64,000 nucleotides of DNA from Selaginella moellendorffii (Eukaryota > Plantae > Lycopodiophyta), in the NCBI RefSeq assembly GCF_000143415.4, contig NW_003314270.1:1419048-1483047 (forward strand), in the 5' to 3' direction. Shown piece by piece: positions 1 to 12,000 of the stretch (position 1 is its first letter; each line of letters opens with the position of its first letter). The notes under the pieces were generated by a model. That model was given only the letters and a program-made list of their open reading frames with translations. It did not search any database and had not been told where the DNA came from. The translations under genes were made by a program, and so were the position numbers.

Positions 1-175
1 CACGCTCTCTGGAAAGGTGTGGAATTCTCCTTGTTCTCATCGCAAGATTTACTACACTCGCTAACTCACTGCCCTCGGCTTTGTTCTCCAAGCACCATGA
101 AAGTTTTTTTGCTGTCATGCATTCTAATATTTGGATCCAATTAATAAAGGGCCAGCCCTAACCCTAAAAATTTCC
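1..175 (+). pseudogene. Degenerate partial copy of the CREG-like gene 3' region (and downstream telobox)
   Basis: 1-102 (cacgctctctggaaaggt...gcctcggctttgttctccaagcaccatgaaa) matches 4124-4268 with internal deletions; cctaaccctaaaa at ~157 mirrors 4501. Confidence 0.8.
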
Positions 176-847
176 TGTTATTGAGTAACTTAACCCGTGC
201 AAAATGATTAATTGTGTTCTTAACCGCTTTCGGTAAAAGCTGACCTATTCATCTTACATTGACAATATCTCCTGGAAAAGACTGGTAACAATTTCCCGTT
301 CCATCGTTTTCTCTAACTCGTTCATCAGAGCCCAATTCCTGGGAACACACACACACGGGATGAAAAACACACCTCCCTGCCCACGCATCGCATTGATAAG
401 TAGAGTAGCCTTCCCAAGTGCCCTTGGAAAGTAAGGACATTGTTAGGATTAAATCGTCAGCAGCACCCAAATCTAAGGGCTCCCCTTCGGGAGGGGTAAT
501 TTGTTTTCTAGATTATCTTGGCAATTGACAAATTAAATTTTGAAATACCTTCTTATTAGCGGGTCCAAATGAATATACATTTAGAGCTCCTTCCTAAGCT
601 TGCTTGCATTACCAAACAATGCTATGCCGCCATGCCCAAAATTTGCGATTGGGCAGGATTTGGACATGTGTATGTAACAAGTATATGGTGGTCACAAGCA
701 CTTAATCTTTCAAGCCTTTTATATATACATGGAGTATAATACATATATATATATATAAAGTGGCCTGACCACAATTCATTTAACAGTGGCTTAAATCTCA
801 CGTTCGATGCGATGTCCCCACCAGCATACTGGATCTACCAAAGACCA

Positions 848-1290
848 GGATAGAATTTGAGGAGAAGAAGCTAGAAGTGATGAGACATTGCCAATCGTCA
901 ATCGATCTCAAGAGGAGTGAGACCAATCTCAAGATTGTCAAGTGTACTATTCATAGTTATATGTCAGAAGAGCTTTAGTATTTAAGAGCTTCTCACTACT
1001 TTCATCTCTACAATCATGTACCTTGACAAAATGTCACTTCCAACATGTCCTTTTGCCATACATTGGAGATAGATGTTTGCAGCCTCATCAAATCACCAAC
1101 ATCATCATTCTTACGTTGAATTGAATCATATGAATAATTACTAAAGTATTACTCTCCCTAGTATCCATCCAGCAAGAACCTTCCAAGTGTAGCAGCAGTC
1201 CAAGCATGTTCTTATGCGAGATTTATTTGCTCCACAGTGGGATTGACCTGAGCAACCTCGTAACATTTGAAATGAGCTGCCTGATAAATA
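848..1290 (+). pseudogene. Degenerate copy of the trihelix gene 3' end plus downstream sequence
   Basis: aggatagaatttgaggagaagaagctaga...tgctccacagtgggattgac...gagcaacctcgtaacattt aligns by eye with ~5322-5775, with indels and C>T changes. Confidence 0.85.
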
Positions 1291-2720
1291 AAAAAGCTCC
1301 CAGTATACCAAAGAAATAAAAAAATTCAATGTTCATTTGTGAGATTTTTAAAGGCTTTTTCATTGGAATGATTAAAAAATGCTATATGTGTTCAAAGCTT
1401 TTTCTATTTTACTAGAAACTATGTAAACATTTCGTGACTAGTTTATTCCAAATCTTGTGCAAGTGTGAAATGCAAGTACTCCCAGGATAGATAAAGGTTT
1501 TGTGATTCGCAACGTGAAGTTGCAACCTCCTGCCCAACAACTTTGAAGGCGGATAAGCTCTTGTGGGCCTGGAAGCAACAGCCTTGTGAGATTGATGAAC
1601 AAGCAGACCAGGCCATCAGGAAAAGAACGCGTCAGAGTTACACTGCTGCGGATTATGTCAAGGCTGTGGCTACGAATGGAAACACTCAGAAAGTCTGTTC
1701 CCGTGTTTCAGGACTTGCTGAATTGTTTCACAAGGTGTGGAAAGAGACGGGTGTTTGATCGCCTCTGTTCTCATATCCCGCTAAAAGATCAGGCGAAGTG
1801 GCTGCATTTGCAGTAGCTCCCGGACAAGGAGATAGCCTGCTTGTCTTTCGTCCTCGACTTCTCAAATACTTCCTTCTGCTGGGCAGATTACATTGAAAAG
1901 AAGGCAGCGAGGAAGGGTCTGGCGAAATTGTTTCTGCACACCACACGCGGTAAGATCTTTCGAAAAAACTAAAAAAGATTTAGAGAGCGCTAAGTTCTTA
2001 GCATGTTTGTTCATCGCGGATGCTACTGAGCCTGATATCCTCCGTCCTGTCCCCGAATGCAACTGGCTTCGGTGGCGAGCAACCTTGACGAACAAAGACG
2101 AAGAGTGAGCAGCAGCAGCAAGAGCAGTCCCATGACTCATAAAAATCCTGTGTTTAGCTTCTCATTCTTCTTCTTCTTCGATGGAAAGAAAAGTTTCACC
2201 CGGAAAATCACCCCCTTCCAACTGATCCCCAACTGTCTTCACTTTCACACCAAGAATGTGAGCACCAAGTTGCCTAGCCATGCAATCGACGGGCCGGGAG
2301 GGAGCAAATTTGCGGAAGCGAGACTCTCACGATGGTCCAGACGCCATCCGCTGAGTGGTGAAGACGACGAAAAGGTGGCCTAAGTTTTCTAGTGATCACT
2401 GGAACATTGTTGGACAGCTATATTGATGAAACCAGGACCAACCGGCACCGCTCATCTGCTAGTACGTTTTCCACAATGTGAAATCCGCTGGCAAAAAAAT
2501 GAAAGAAAGAAAAGAAAATTGTTACTGTCTCGTCCCAGCGACAGGCCCACTCACCTGTGACCCAGGCGCTTTTGGTACCATCGCTCCAAACGAATTTGGT
2601 TGTCTTTCTGTGGAGTAGTACGTTAGTTGTGCACTGCAAAAGGGAAAGAGGTCAGGGAGCCAGAGAATTCTCTATGCGAAAGGAGCCAATGTGATGATCG
2701 TTCAATTATAAACCTGGGAG

Positions 2721-3581
2721 TTAAGAAGAAGAATTGTGATTGTTCTCGTCGCCAGGCTTGCGAGAATCGAGCTGCAGCGTCACTGGTCCATCATTAACCA
2801 AATGAACCTGTCAACAATCCAGAAACCAGGAAAAAAAAAAGATAAAGTTTTCATCACGTCAATTTTAAGATCATACTTGCATCAGTGCGCCAAATATACC
2901 ATCTGTCAAGCTCGCACTGCTTAGCTTTTGGAGGGATTCATGGAGATCACACAATGCTTGCCTTTAACTTTGTCCTTAGAGTAGGAGTGAGCGACAGCCT
3001 TGACGAAATTGGAGTAGAAATCCTTAGCCTGGAGTGGTGGCATGGCCAAGTGGAAGTCCGGTTGTTCCCCTTGAGAAATCCATAAAGCGTGAACTGGCTC
3101 ACTAGACAGTGGAAGAAAAAAAAAACAGATTAATGTTGCATTACATTCACACAATACCGAGCAAAACGTCGAAGTTCTTTTGCATGACCTGTTCGAGAAA
3201 GAGAAAAAAACTTTTTTTTCTGAGTATCTCGAGAGTGGGAAATAGAAAAAGAAGCAATTTCTTACATTCTGATCCCATGCTTTGCCGGTTTTGTCATTCA
3301 CAAATAAGCGCATGTTTAGAATTTTCCTGCAGCTGCGAAGAACACACAAGAATACTTCGATCGATCAAGCGTTTCAAAAAAAGAGGAAAAAGAATAAACG
3401 CACAGAAAATCTGCATCTTCTTTGGTGTCGGATTCCGAAATGCCGACGAGCACAAGCAAGCCTTGTCCGATCTGTGACACAACTTGGCCATCGACCTGAT
3501 CGACAGAAGAGATCAGAGCGCGAAAGAGAAGGAGCTTACTTCAACTCTGCCCGACAAGACTCGCTGCACCACCGCACGCAT
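2721..3581 (-). CDS. DTD1: D-aminoacyl-tRNA deacylase (D-Tyr-tRNA deacylase), multi-exon
   Basis: Spliced reading MRAVVQRV..VE|VDGQVVSQIGQGLLVLVGI..D|..ILNMRLF..GKAWDQNV|..VSQFTLYG..KGNKPDFHLAMPP..|..VHLVNDGPVTLQLDS; SQFTL and NDGPVT are DTD signature motifs. Confidence 0.93.
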
Positions 3582-3618
3582 TGCCCTAAGGAATCGATTT
3601 TTAGGGTTCTTGCTGGAA
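3582..3618. promoter_or_regulatory. 37-bp bidirectional intergenic region with telobox-like motifs
   Basis: Between DTD1 ATG (3581, -) and CREG ATG (3619, +); ccctaa at 3584 and tttagggtt at ~3600. Confidence 0.6.
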
Positions 3619-4476
3619 ATGGCGCTACGACACTGGCATTGGGCATTTGGATGCGCTCTCGTTCTTCTGGTGGTATCGATTCATGGCAGCAGGAGGCCAG
3701 ATCCCTCAGAATCCGCGGCGTTCGCGAGATGGCTCGTCGCCAGCGGCTTGTGGGGCGTTGTAAGGTGAGGAGAAAATAGAAATTTCTCTACATTTCTATA
3801 ATCTAAGTCCTGATCCCTACATGCAGCACAGTGTCGATTCATCTCAAGGGTGTTCCTTTCGGGTATGGTTTCCAGAATTTCACTGGAGAATTTTCTTTCG
3901 AGGACTCATTCTTCTTTCTCTGGATTGGTTCTTGCAGGAACATTGTCTCTTTCAGCGATGGCCCCGCGTTTAATTCCACTGGCACTCCATACTTCTACTT
4001 GACCGAGCTGGATCCAACAGCGAGAGACTTGGCCGCGGACGAGCGCTGCTCGTTCACGATCAGCGAGGCCTCGCTGGGAACTTGCGGCAAAGCGGACGCG
4101 GAGAGTCCAATTTGCTCCAAGATCACGCTCTCTGGAAAGGTATGGAATTCTCCTCTCTTTGATCTTCATGGGAATGCTCACTCGCTACTCACTCGCAGAT
4201 GGTGAAACTGGTGAGCGATGACGAGAAACGTTTCGCGGCCTCGGCTTTGTTCTCCAAGCACCATGAAATGCCCAGTGAGTTCTTTCCTATGATTTTAACA
4301 ATGAGTTCTCATCTTGGAGATTTCTAGATTGGCCAAAGAGTCACAACTTCTATTTCTACAAACTGGAAATCTTAGACATCTTTCTCATCGATTTCTTTGG
4401 TGGCCCAAAACCATTGACGATAGAAGACTATTACGCGCATGTTGTTCATAAATCCAATGGTCGCAATTATCAATGA
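3619..4476 (+). CDS. CREG-like secreted protein (pyridoxamine-oxidase-like split barrel), 5 exons
   Basis: Signal peptide, RPDP..AA.FARWLV..WGV|STVSIHLKGVPFG|NIVSFSDG..STGTPYFYLTELDPT..C.KITLSGK|..LFSKHHEMP|NWPKSHNFYFYKLEI.DIFLIDFFGGPKPL. Confidence 0.9.
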
Positions 4477-4541
4477 AGAAAGAAAGGAAAAAGCTCGCGA
4501 CCTAACCCTAAAATTCCATGTAGAATCTAGGGCTCGCGGAG

Positions 4542-5447
4542 ATGGAGGGCGCGAGCAAGGAATGTGGGGTGTGGAGCGAGGATGCGGTGCGCATTCTCAT
4601 CGACAGCTACACCGCCAAGTTCGTGGAGCTCCAGAGGAGCAATCTGCGGCAGAAGGATTGGCAGGACATTCTCGCGCGCCTCTCGTCCTCGTGCGGCGAG
4701 GGCTACAGCTACGCGCGCTGCCGCAACAAGCTGGACGCGCTCAAGAAGAAATTCAAGGTCATCAAGAGCAAGAGGGAGTTGGGCAGCGGCAGCAAAGGGG
4801 GAACGGGCGCAAAATGGAAGTGGTACGATCACATGGAGAAGCTCATGGATCGGAGCAGCGGCAGCGGCGGCGCCAAAGGGATCCCGGGAGGAATCACGAG
4901 CGGGGAGAAGCTGGGGCCACTGGCAGCGGCGGACGATGCCACCGACGACGATGTTGAGGTGGGCGCTGCCAATTCCGGGGATGAAGAAGAAGTAGATGAA
5001 GGAGAAGAAGAAGAAGATGATGATGATGATGAAGAAGCTGAGGAAGCTCAAGAGGAAGACGAGGGAATGCCTCCTTCCAGCTTCCTGTTCGATCTTAGGC
5101 CGGGATTTCTCGACAGCGGCTTGAATCTCACGCTCAATGGGATCTGCGCCGCTGCCGCCACTGCTGCTGCTGGATCTGCCGACTTTCGATCGCCGCCCAG
5201 CCTGCCAAAGTTCTCGGACAAGACGATCAGGAAGCAGCACCACAGGGCATCGCCACTGAATCGACATGCGACAGAGGTGGTGGCGATGTTGATCCAGGCG
5301 GTGGAGAGGATCGAGAAGAACAGGCTAGAATTCGAGGAGAAGAAGCTAGAGCTGATGAGGGACATTGATCTCAAGAGGAACGAGACCAACCTTGAGATTG
5401 CCAAGTGCATCATTGATAGTTGCATGTCCAAGAGCTTTAGTTTCTAA
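4542..5447 (+). CDS. Trihelix / Myb-SANT-like DNA-binding protein with acidic tract and C-terminal coiled coil
   Basis: WSEDAVRILIDSY..LRQKDWQDI..CRNKLDALKKKFK..WKWYDHMEKL; E/D-rich tract; IERIEKNRLEFEEKKLELMR. Confidence 0.88.
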   Translation: MEGASKECGVWSEDAVRILIDSYTAKFVELQRSNLRQKDWQDILARLSSSCGEGYSYARCRNKLDALKKKFKVIKSKRELGSGSKGGTGAKWKWYDHMEKLMDRSSGSGGAKGIPGGITSGEKLGPLAAADDATDDDVEVGAANSGDEEEVDEGEEEEDDDDDEEAEEAQEEDEGMPPSSFLFDLRPGFLDSGLNLTLNGICAAAATAAAGSADFRSPPSLPKFSDKTIRKQHHRASPLNRHATEVVAMLIQAVERIEKNRLEFEEKKLELMRDIDLKRNETNLEIAKCIIDSCMSKSFSF

Positions 5448-5849
5448 GAGGAGGTCATTCCCTCACTACTTTCCATCTCTACAATCATGTATAAGGGTAA
5501 CTCAAACCAAATGTAACCCCCAACATGTCCTCTTGCCATACATTGGAGATAGATGTTGGTTACAGCCTCATCAAAATCGCTGAGCATGATAACATCATCG
5601 TCCTTACGTTGAAACATATGAATGTTAATTAAGATGTGGCCCTCCCTACCAAAGTATCCACCTGGCAAGAACCTTCCATTTGTAGCAGCATTCCAAGCAC
5701 TTTCTCTTGCGAGATTTATTTGCTCCACAGTGGGATTGACTTGAGCAACCTCGTAACATTTGGAATGAGCTTGATGAGAATATGATTCCGCACATAAGAA
5801 TAAGTAGTATATCAAGTAAATGATAAACTCAATTTTGAATGATGCCATT

Positions 5850-8800
5850 GTATTGATTGTGCCAAAGCTGATGAGGTTTTTAAAGGAATTTAGGATCCAA
5901 TAATTGAAAATGATTAATGTTTTCTATTCAATTATTGATTTGATTTTATACCTTTTTTTAAAAAAATCTTCACTTATTGAGATAAAATAAATATTCTAAT
6001 ACATCCTTTAGTTTAATACCAATTTTAAATATACTATTAGTACATGTTTAAAAGTATAACATTAAACCCAATTATATAATACAGTGTAATTATATTTGTT
6101 CAAGTATTAGTAAACTTGGTTTAGCATCTGCACTTAACTAGATAAGCATAATCTTATGTATTTCTTGTTTCTATTTACTATTTATGGAAAGTGTCTAGAT
6201 TTGTTAATGAAGCATATTTATGGAATGTAGAAATTGTTTTGAATATAATGGTGTTAAATTTGCAATTTAACATTATTCTATATTTAGTAAGTTTTTATGA
6301 TTATCCGAAAGACTAACTTCTAGAACTTAGGTGAAAGCCCAAAGTGTGCATTGGTTGTGAGGGGTTTTTAATGTATAATAAAGATAATGGGTAGGTAGAG
6401 TATAGTGAACCAATTTAAAAAATAGGTTAGCCCCTTGCTTACATATATCTCCTTGTTTTGCAACCTAAGCCCATATTATACTAGTTAGTTAAGTACTTAT
6501 ATTCTCGCATTAAACCATTAGTATGCCAAAACAATACAAAATTCTATTTGGCTCCATTTGACATATTAGTCTTGGCATTGGAATGAAAAATGCTTTAAAA
6601 CTATTCTAATGTCACTTTGTACTCTTGTCTTTTCACTCTTAATGATGTAAATTTATAAATCATTTTGTATTTTGGTTTTTTCACTCTTTGTCTATATACT
6701 TGAGAGTTTGGCTTTATTCTTTCATTTAATGACCTAAAGCTTTATTCCGCTTTGTTGCCTTTGGCCCACATATCCAAGGGTTTAGATTCCACTCCATAAT
6801 TATCTTATATATAGGGTAAAAGGTGAAATCACATAATCTGTGGCATAAGGATTGGATATTTATGAAATATCCTATGCCTGATGCTATATAATTTTACCTT
6901 ACTTATATGTTAGTTACTCCAAAACTAGGGCTATTACACCAGGAATAAAAGTTTAATAATAATGCTCTAATTGTTATTCTTGCAATTGATTGTCATATTG
7001 AACAACAATATCAATAATAATTGTGAGAGATGTTAGATTTAAATGAGAAAGCATGACATCTTTAACATTATTATAAAGCCGAGGTGAAAATATTCCTTAA
7101 AAGTTGCATCATCCTATAAAATATTAGTTGTGACTATCTAGAACTCTAATGCATAGGCAGATGCAAATTTGGAGCTTTGACACAATCACTATAATTTATT
7201 GATAGTTGCATTTGATGAAATATTGAGCAAAAAGATCAAATCCCAAAAAACATGATCACTCTTTTTAAAAAGGGTAAAGAACTAGAAAAAATGTGTCACA
7301 ATAATAAGATATCTAATCAGTCCAATACAAAAAGTTGAAGTAGAAAATCAATTAAGTTGCATGATGATTCAAAGTTTTGTTGAGGAAACCATGGAACTAC
7401 CTATGTGCCATCAAACTTTGCTAATATACTAATTTTTGGCTCTAAATTAAAAAGCCACTATTAATTTGCTAAAGATCTGAGTGAAGTGTTATATTAGAGT
7501 GTTCCAATGTTTAATATAACTTTCATAGAGTATTAAGATCTGATTGAAGTTGAAGAAAAGGATATGAGGAAGCCATTAATATCAGAGTGTTCAAACTGTT
7601 AGAGAAAATGAAAGATGATGAAACAATTAATAAAATACTAAAACATTAGAGAAGAAAATATGGATTTATGTTAAAAACTTTAAATAAAATCCCTCAAAAC
7701 CATATTTTTGAAGGGGTAATGGAATAAATCACATAACAAATATTAAGTTATATCCTATGAGTAAAGGTTTAAGGTTTGATTCCCACCATAGATAGTAACA
7801 TATTTATGGAAAACAATTTATGAATTGACACAAAAAGGATTGATATATGACAAGTGTCAAGATTGAATCTAAGATGGAGTTCAAGAAGCTAGAGTGAACA
7901 TGAATAGACCAATAAAGTAGCTTGGTGAAATGTTTAAAAATCAACTTTAGAACTTCCAAAAGATCAAATGGTCAATACTCCCAATCCAAGTGTAGGTGGC
8001 ATTACTTACTTAGATACCTGGTATGGCTCATTAAAACCTCATTTTAACCGCATGGCTAGGGCACTCAAAGACAAAAGGTGAGGAAGTACCTACAAGACTT
8101 GTGTTGAACCACAATGTTTCGATGTTTTAGATTGTGGAAAGGAAGAGGAGCAATCCTCTTATATAGTGACTAAAGATATAGTTATGTGGTAAGGAAGTCC
8201 CAGTGGTCAATAAGACTTAGTGGTCAAGCTTTCGAGCTCTGACTTAGCAATGGTGTTGGCAAGCATAGTTGTGGACAACGAGGGATTTGGTGGGGACTGA
8301 AGAAGGGATATTAGGGAAGGGCATTCCTTATGTTTCTAGGCATCCTAAAAATACAAATGTGTGGTTATATGATAACCACTCATAAATAAATAGCTCAATA
8401 TTTGGGAGACAGGATTATAGCACAAGTTATCATGGATTACTAATGAGACAAAAGTGAATAGACATAGCTTTAGCATAACAGGCTGAAGTGCTAGTGGTAC
8501 CTTTAGGTGTTTATAGTGGGATCAAACACGTGGAACATTTGGATTTAGTGCAAGGTATAGAAATCATTTACGGGGTTAGTAAGTCTTTAAGTTGATAATA
8601 AAACTTATGGAGGTTGTGAATAAAACTCCTCTAAGTGGTCAAATATGGGGTTATAAAATGGAAAAATTAATAAGGAGAAGTGAGAAGAAGAAGTGAGCGA
8701 CCTTACTTTTGAAAAAGTGAATGAGTGTATATTTTTGTTATTTATGAATCAACCTTAAATTTTTTCTTCTAGATTGAGCTATAGTAAACTATGTTAGGCA

Positions 8801-11740
8801 AAACTCACTATAGCTATAATGCACCTGCAACTCAACCAATTGAGTGAGCTTACTTATGAGGCCATAAGCATAGCAAACATTTTCCTGCAAATGCAATAAT
8901 GAAATGGCGACCATATATGGAGCAATAGTTCCTATAATCCTAGACAACAAGGATGTTCAAGATTTTATGCATGATAATGAAGTTTAATTTCTTCTTAGAC
9001 CACATTGCAAAGGAATGCATTCTTTAAAGTTTAGGGGAAATGACAATAAAGGCAACGCAAAAATGCTAAGGAACAAAATCCTCTAGTGATACATTTAGGT
9101 ACTTTTGCTTTTTAGTGTAGCTTTGATTGATTATAAGTTTTTATAGATGCATAGGAAATGATTAAATAGTTTTGAAGTATCCTAGATGTTGGCAAAGAAG
9201 GTGTTTAAAAGGTGGTGAAGGACAAGGTCATCAATCATAATAGTATCTAAGGTCAAGCCATCACTACCACTTTTGGACGAGTGAAGAAGAGGATAACAAA
9301 ATAGCATTAGTTGATAAAGGTGTTGAGTCAGATACTAGATAACATTTACATCACAATAATGGTTAACAAGCTAATGAAAATATTTAAACATTTATCACCA
9401 TGTTTGCAGGGAGCCAAGCTTTGGTGAAGGAATGGTCACAAGGACTTGTGAAGAAGGTAGGCCACCTAAAAGAGCTCCAAAAAGCCAAAGACTGAGGTGA
9501 GCAAGTTAGAATGGATGCATCCAAGGATAATATGGCAAAGAAAGTGGCTGGCATGGAGGCTAAGTTGGCTTAAACTTCAACATGAGAGGAGACAATTGAA
9601 TAGAAGATAAATATAATTTGTGATCAACCACTAATGTTTATAGACACCTTAACACAAGTTAATGCCACTAACCTTGCCAAGGATCAGAAGATTGAAAAAT
9701 TTACATTAGACAAAGCTCTTCCAATGGATAATATTGCCACCACCTATACACCTGTACCTTTTGTAAGAGATCCTAGACTTGGAAGTGATCATCATGAGTA
9801 TCCTAGACATATCTACTCAAGAAAATACAATGAGCTGCAACTCTTTGACACAACACAGTGCTTAACACATTATGCTTCATTTACAACTAAGATTTTGATA
9901 AATGAGTGTCTACTTGTATGGCTATAGGCATGTGATCCTTCTATTGTGCTTCATCACAATTCTAAAAAATGAACATAGTAAGTGCTCTATCTATGACTAT
10001 GTCTTCTACAACCATGTTTACATGGTCTTTGGGCTCATATTAGACTCACTAGGTATAGTATGGAGATCTGATGGTACACAAGATAAATGAGCAAGTTCAT
10101 ATAGTCCCTACTACCTAAGACCGTCTCATATACAAGCTATATGCAATGCATAGAGGTGGTGAAGATGTCCATGCTCATTTTCACAAACTATCTACACAAG
10201 TTAGAATATAATGTAGATGTTATAGTTTATAAGATCATATTCATGACCACTTCATTTGATGAAATTCTATGCCAAACAACCACTACATGAGCTATGCATT
10301 AGACAAGCACTTAGGTATCATAAAGAAATAGTTGGTGAAGTTGAGCTTACATAGCTTTAGGTTCTCCATGATTTTTAGAATAAAGATCAATTGGGATGGG
10401 ATAACTTAAACAACTTGGACAACAAATTTGGATGTATATGACAAAGTAAATGTTCCTTCATTTTGGTATATTGGGAATCATCTTCATATATATTTTTTTT
10501 TCTTATAGCAACCCCTTGGTAGTGATTGAGATCTCAAATTACTAGGAGGTGTAATTTCAATCCCATGCATTTTTGCATATCACATAGAAGTAGTTCATGT
10601 ATTAACGATATTATTTTTGGTTGATTAGACTTTTTTTCATAATTATTTTCTAATGTATAATCTTCTCTCTTCTATTATAGAATATCTTTTTGCTCATGTT
10701 AGAAACACTTATTTTTCATTGGGAAGTGCTAAACATATATTTATGGGAGGGTCCTCATTTATGTGGTAAGTGATTTTTTTGGTCTCTTTTAGTGCTTTTA
10801 TGTTTGTTTTTGCCAAAGCTCTTGCTATACTTGCTTGGTGATTGTGATTAGTTTCATAAGTGTTTTGCTTTGATTCCCTTGCCTGAAGAGTCCATTATAT
10901 ACTAATTGCATATGGACAAAGTTTTTATTAAGGCACTAGATTTATAAAAATAAAATAAAATAACCTTTTTTTGTATATTTAAGGAAAATCAAATAATACA
11001 TTTCAACCTACTTGGGAAGTAGTCCCTAAAGGAAAAATATATCAGTTGGGAACTATTTTTTTCTTACAAGCAAAAAAACTTATCACTAATGTAAAGATAA
11101 ATTTTCTATAAGTTTATCCCATAAAGAGAATTAATTTTCTGAATGAAGATTCTTTCTTTTATCCTATAGGAATTTAAGGGTTTCTATAAAAAATTAATTT
11201 CCTTTTGGAAATTATTTCTGCCATTGGAAAAAATTCTGATTTTTAGGAATAATATTTTCCCAGAGGGAAAAAATACCCAAGAAGAATAAAATTTCCATTG
11301 ATTCTTCACATTATCAAAATTTGTCACTAATGTGGCAGGTTAGACGAATGTTTTTGTCAAAACAATTTTCATTACCCTTTAGAAAATTCTGATCCATTAG
11401 ATAAAAATATTTGTTAAATTTCAAAACTTGTTCAGATGGTAGAATAATAACACTAACGACTTATAGTCCGTGCATAATATGGTTGAATGTGTATGAAATG
11501 GCCATCCATATTAAATGCAAATACCATATAAAAGTCATACTTGATGAACCATTTAAAAGCCATAGAAGTGTTGGGTTCCAAATTGCCATAGACAAGTGTT
11601 ACTAATTGCTCAATTGTATCACCCTAACTAATAAGTAAAATACCACATCAAACTAAATAAGTGATAAAGACTAAGAAAATTATCAAGTGATCCATCATTT
11701 CTATTATCCTAGTGTAAGACAATCAGAGTGAATTCCACAT
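5850..11740. mobile_element. AT-rich, CpG-depleted, ORF-less block; probable heavily decayed transposable-element relic
   Basis: ~6 kb with almost no CG dinucleotides and only short ORFs, in sharp contrast to flanking genes; no LTR/TIR or diagnostic domain could be identified. Confidence 0.4.
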
Positions 11741-11747
11741 GCCATGG

Positions 11748-11930
11748 AAAACTTTCAAAGTCCAACATAACTAGAAGAACCAAAAGCAAGCAAAACTTTG
11801 ACTAAGTTTGTTCTATTTGCTTTTAGTTCTTCTAAAGACTTTGAAAGTGTCCACGCTACACTAGACTTTGAAAGTTTTCAGTCCGCTTGCTTTTAGTTCT
11901 TCTAGCTACACTGGACTTTGAAAGTTTTCA
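11748..11930. repeat. Imperfect inverted repeat with internal direct repeats
   Basis: aaaactttcaaagtccaacataactagaagaaccaaaagcaagc (11748-11791) is the near reverse complement of gcttgcttttagttcttctagctacactggactttgaaagtttt (~11885-11928); gactttgaaag occurs 3 times. Confidence 0.8.
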
Positions 11931-12000
11931 GTGGTTGTAGCTTGAAGGATTGATCGAGCTTGCCCAAGAAATCAATTGATCACTGGGGCACTGGGAAGAG

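Noticed and set aside
1470-2650. Several overlapping short ORFs with splice-like signals
   Set aside because: Could not assemble a coherent protein or recognise a family; left unannotated
4542-5850. Myb/SANT gene as ORF1 of a PIF/Harbinger transposon
   Set aside because: No DDE transposase or TIRs seen; the architecture fits a host trihelix factor
7760-7795. tRNA T-loop-like ggtttgattccc (also similar at ~59430)
   Set aside because: No cloverleaf or A-box could be built; at most a SINE-like remnant
9634-10090. ORFs in the AT-rich block as retroelement integrase/RT
   Set aside because: No diagnostic HHCC, DDE or YxDD motif could be read with confidence
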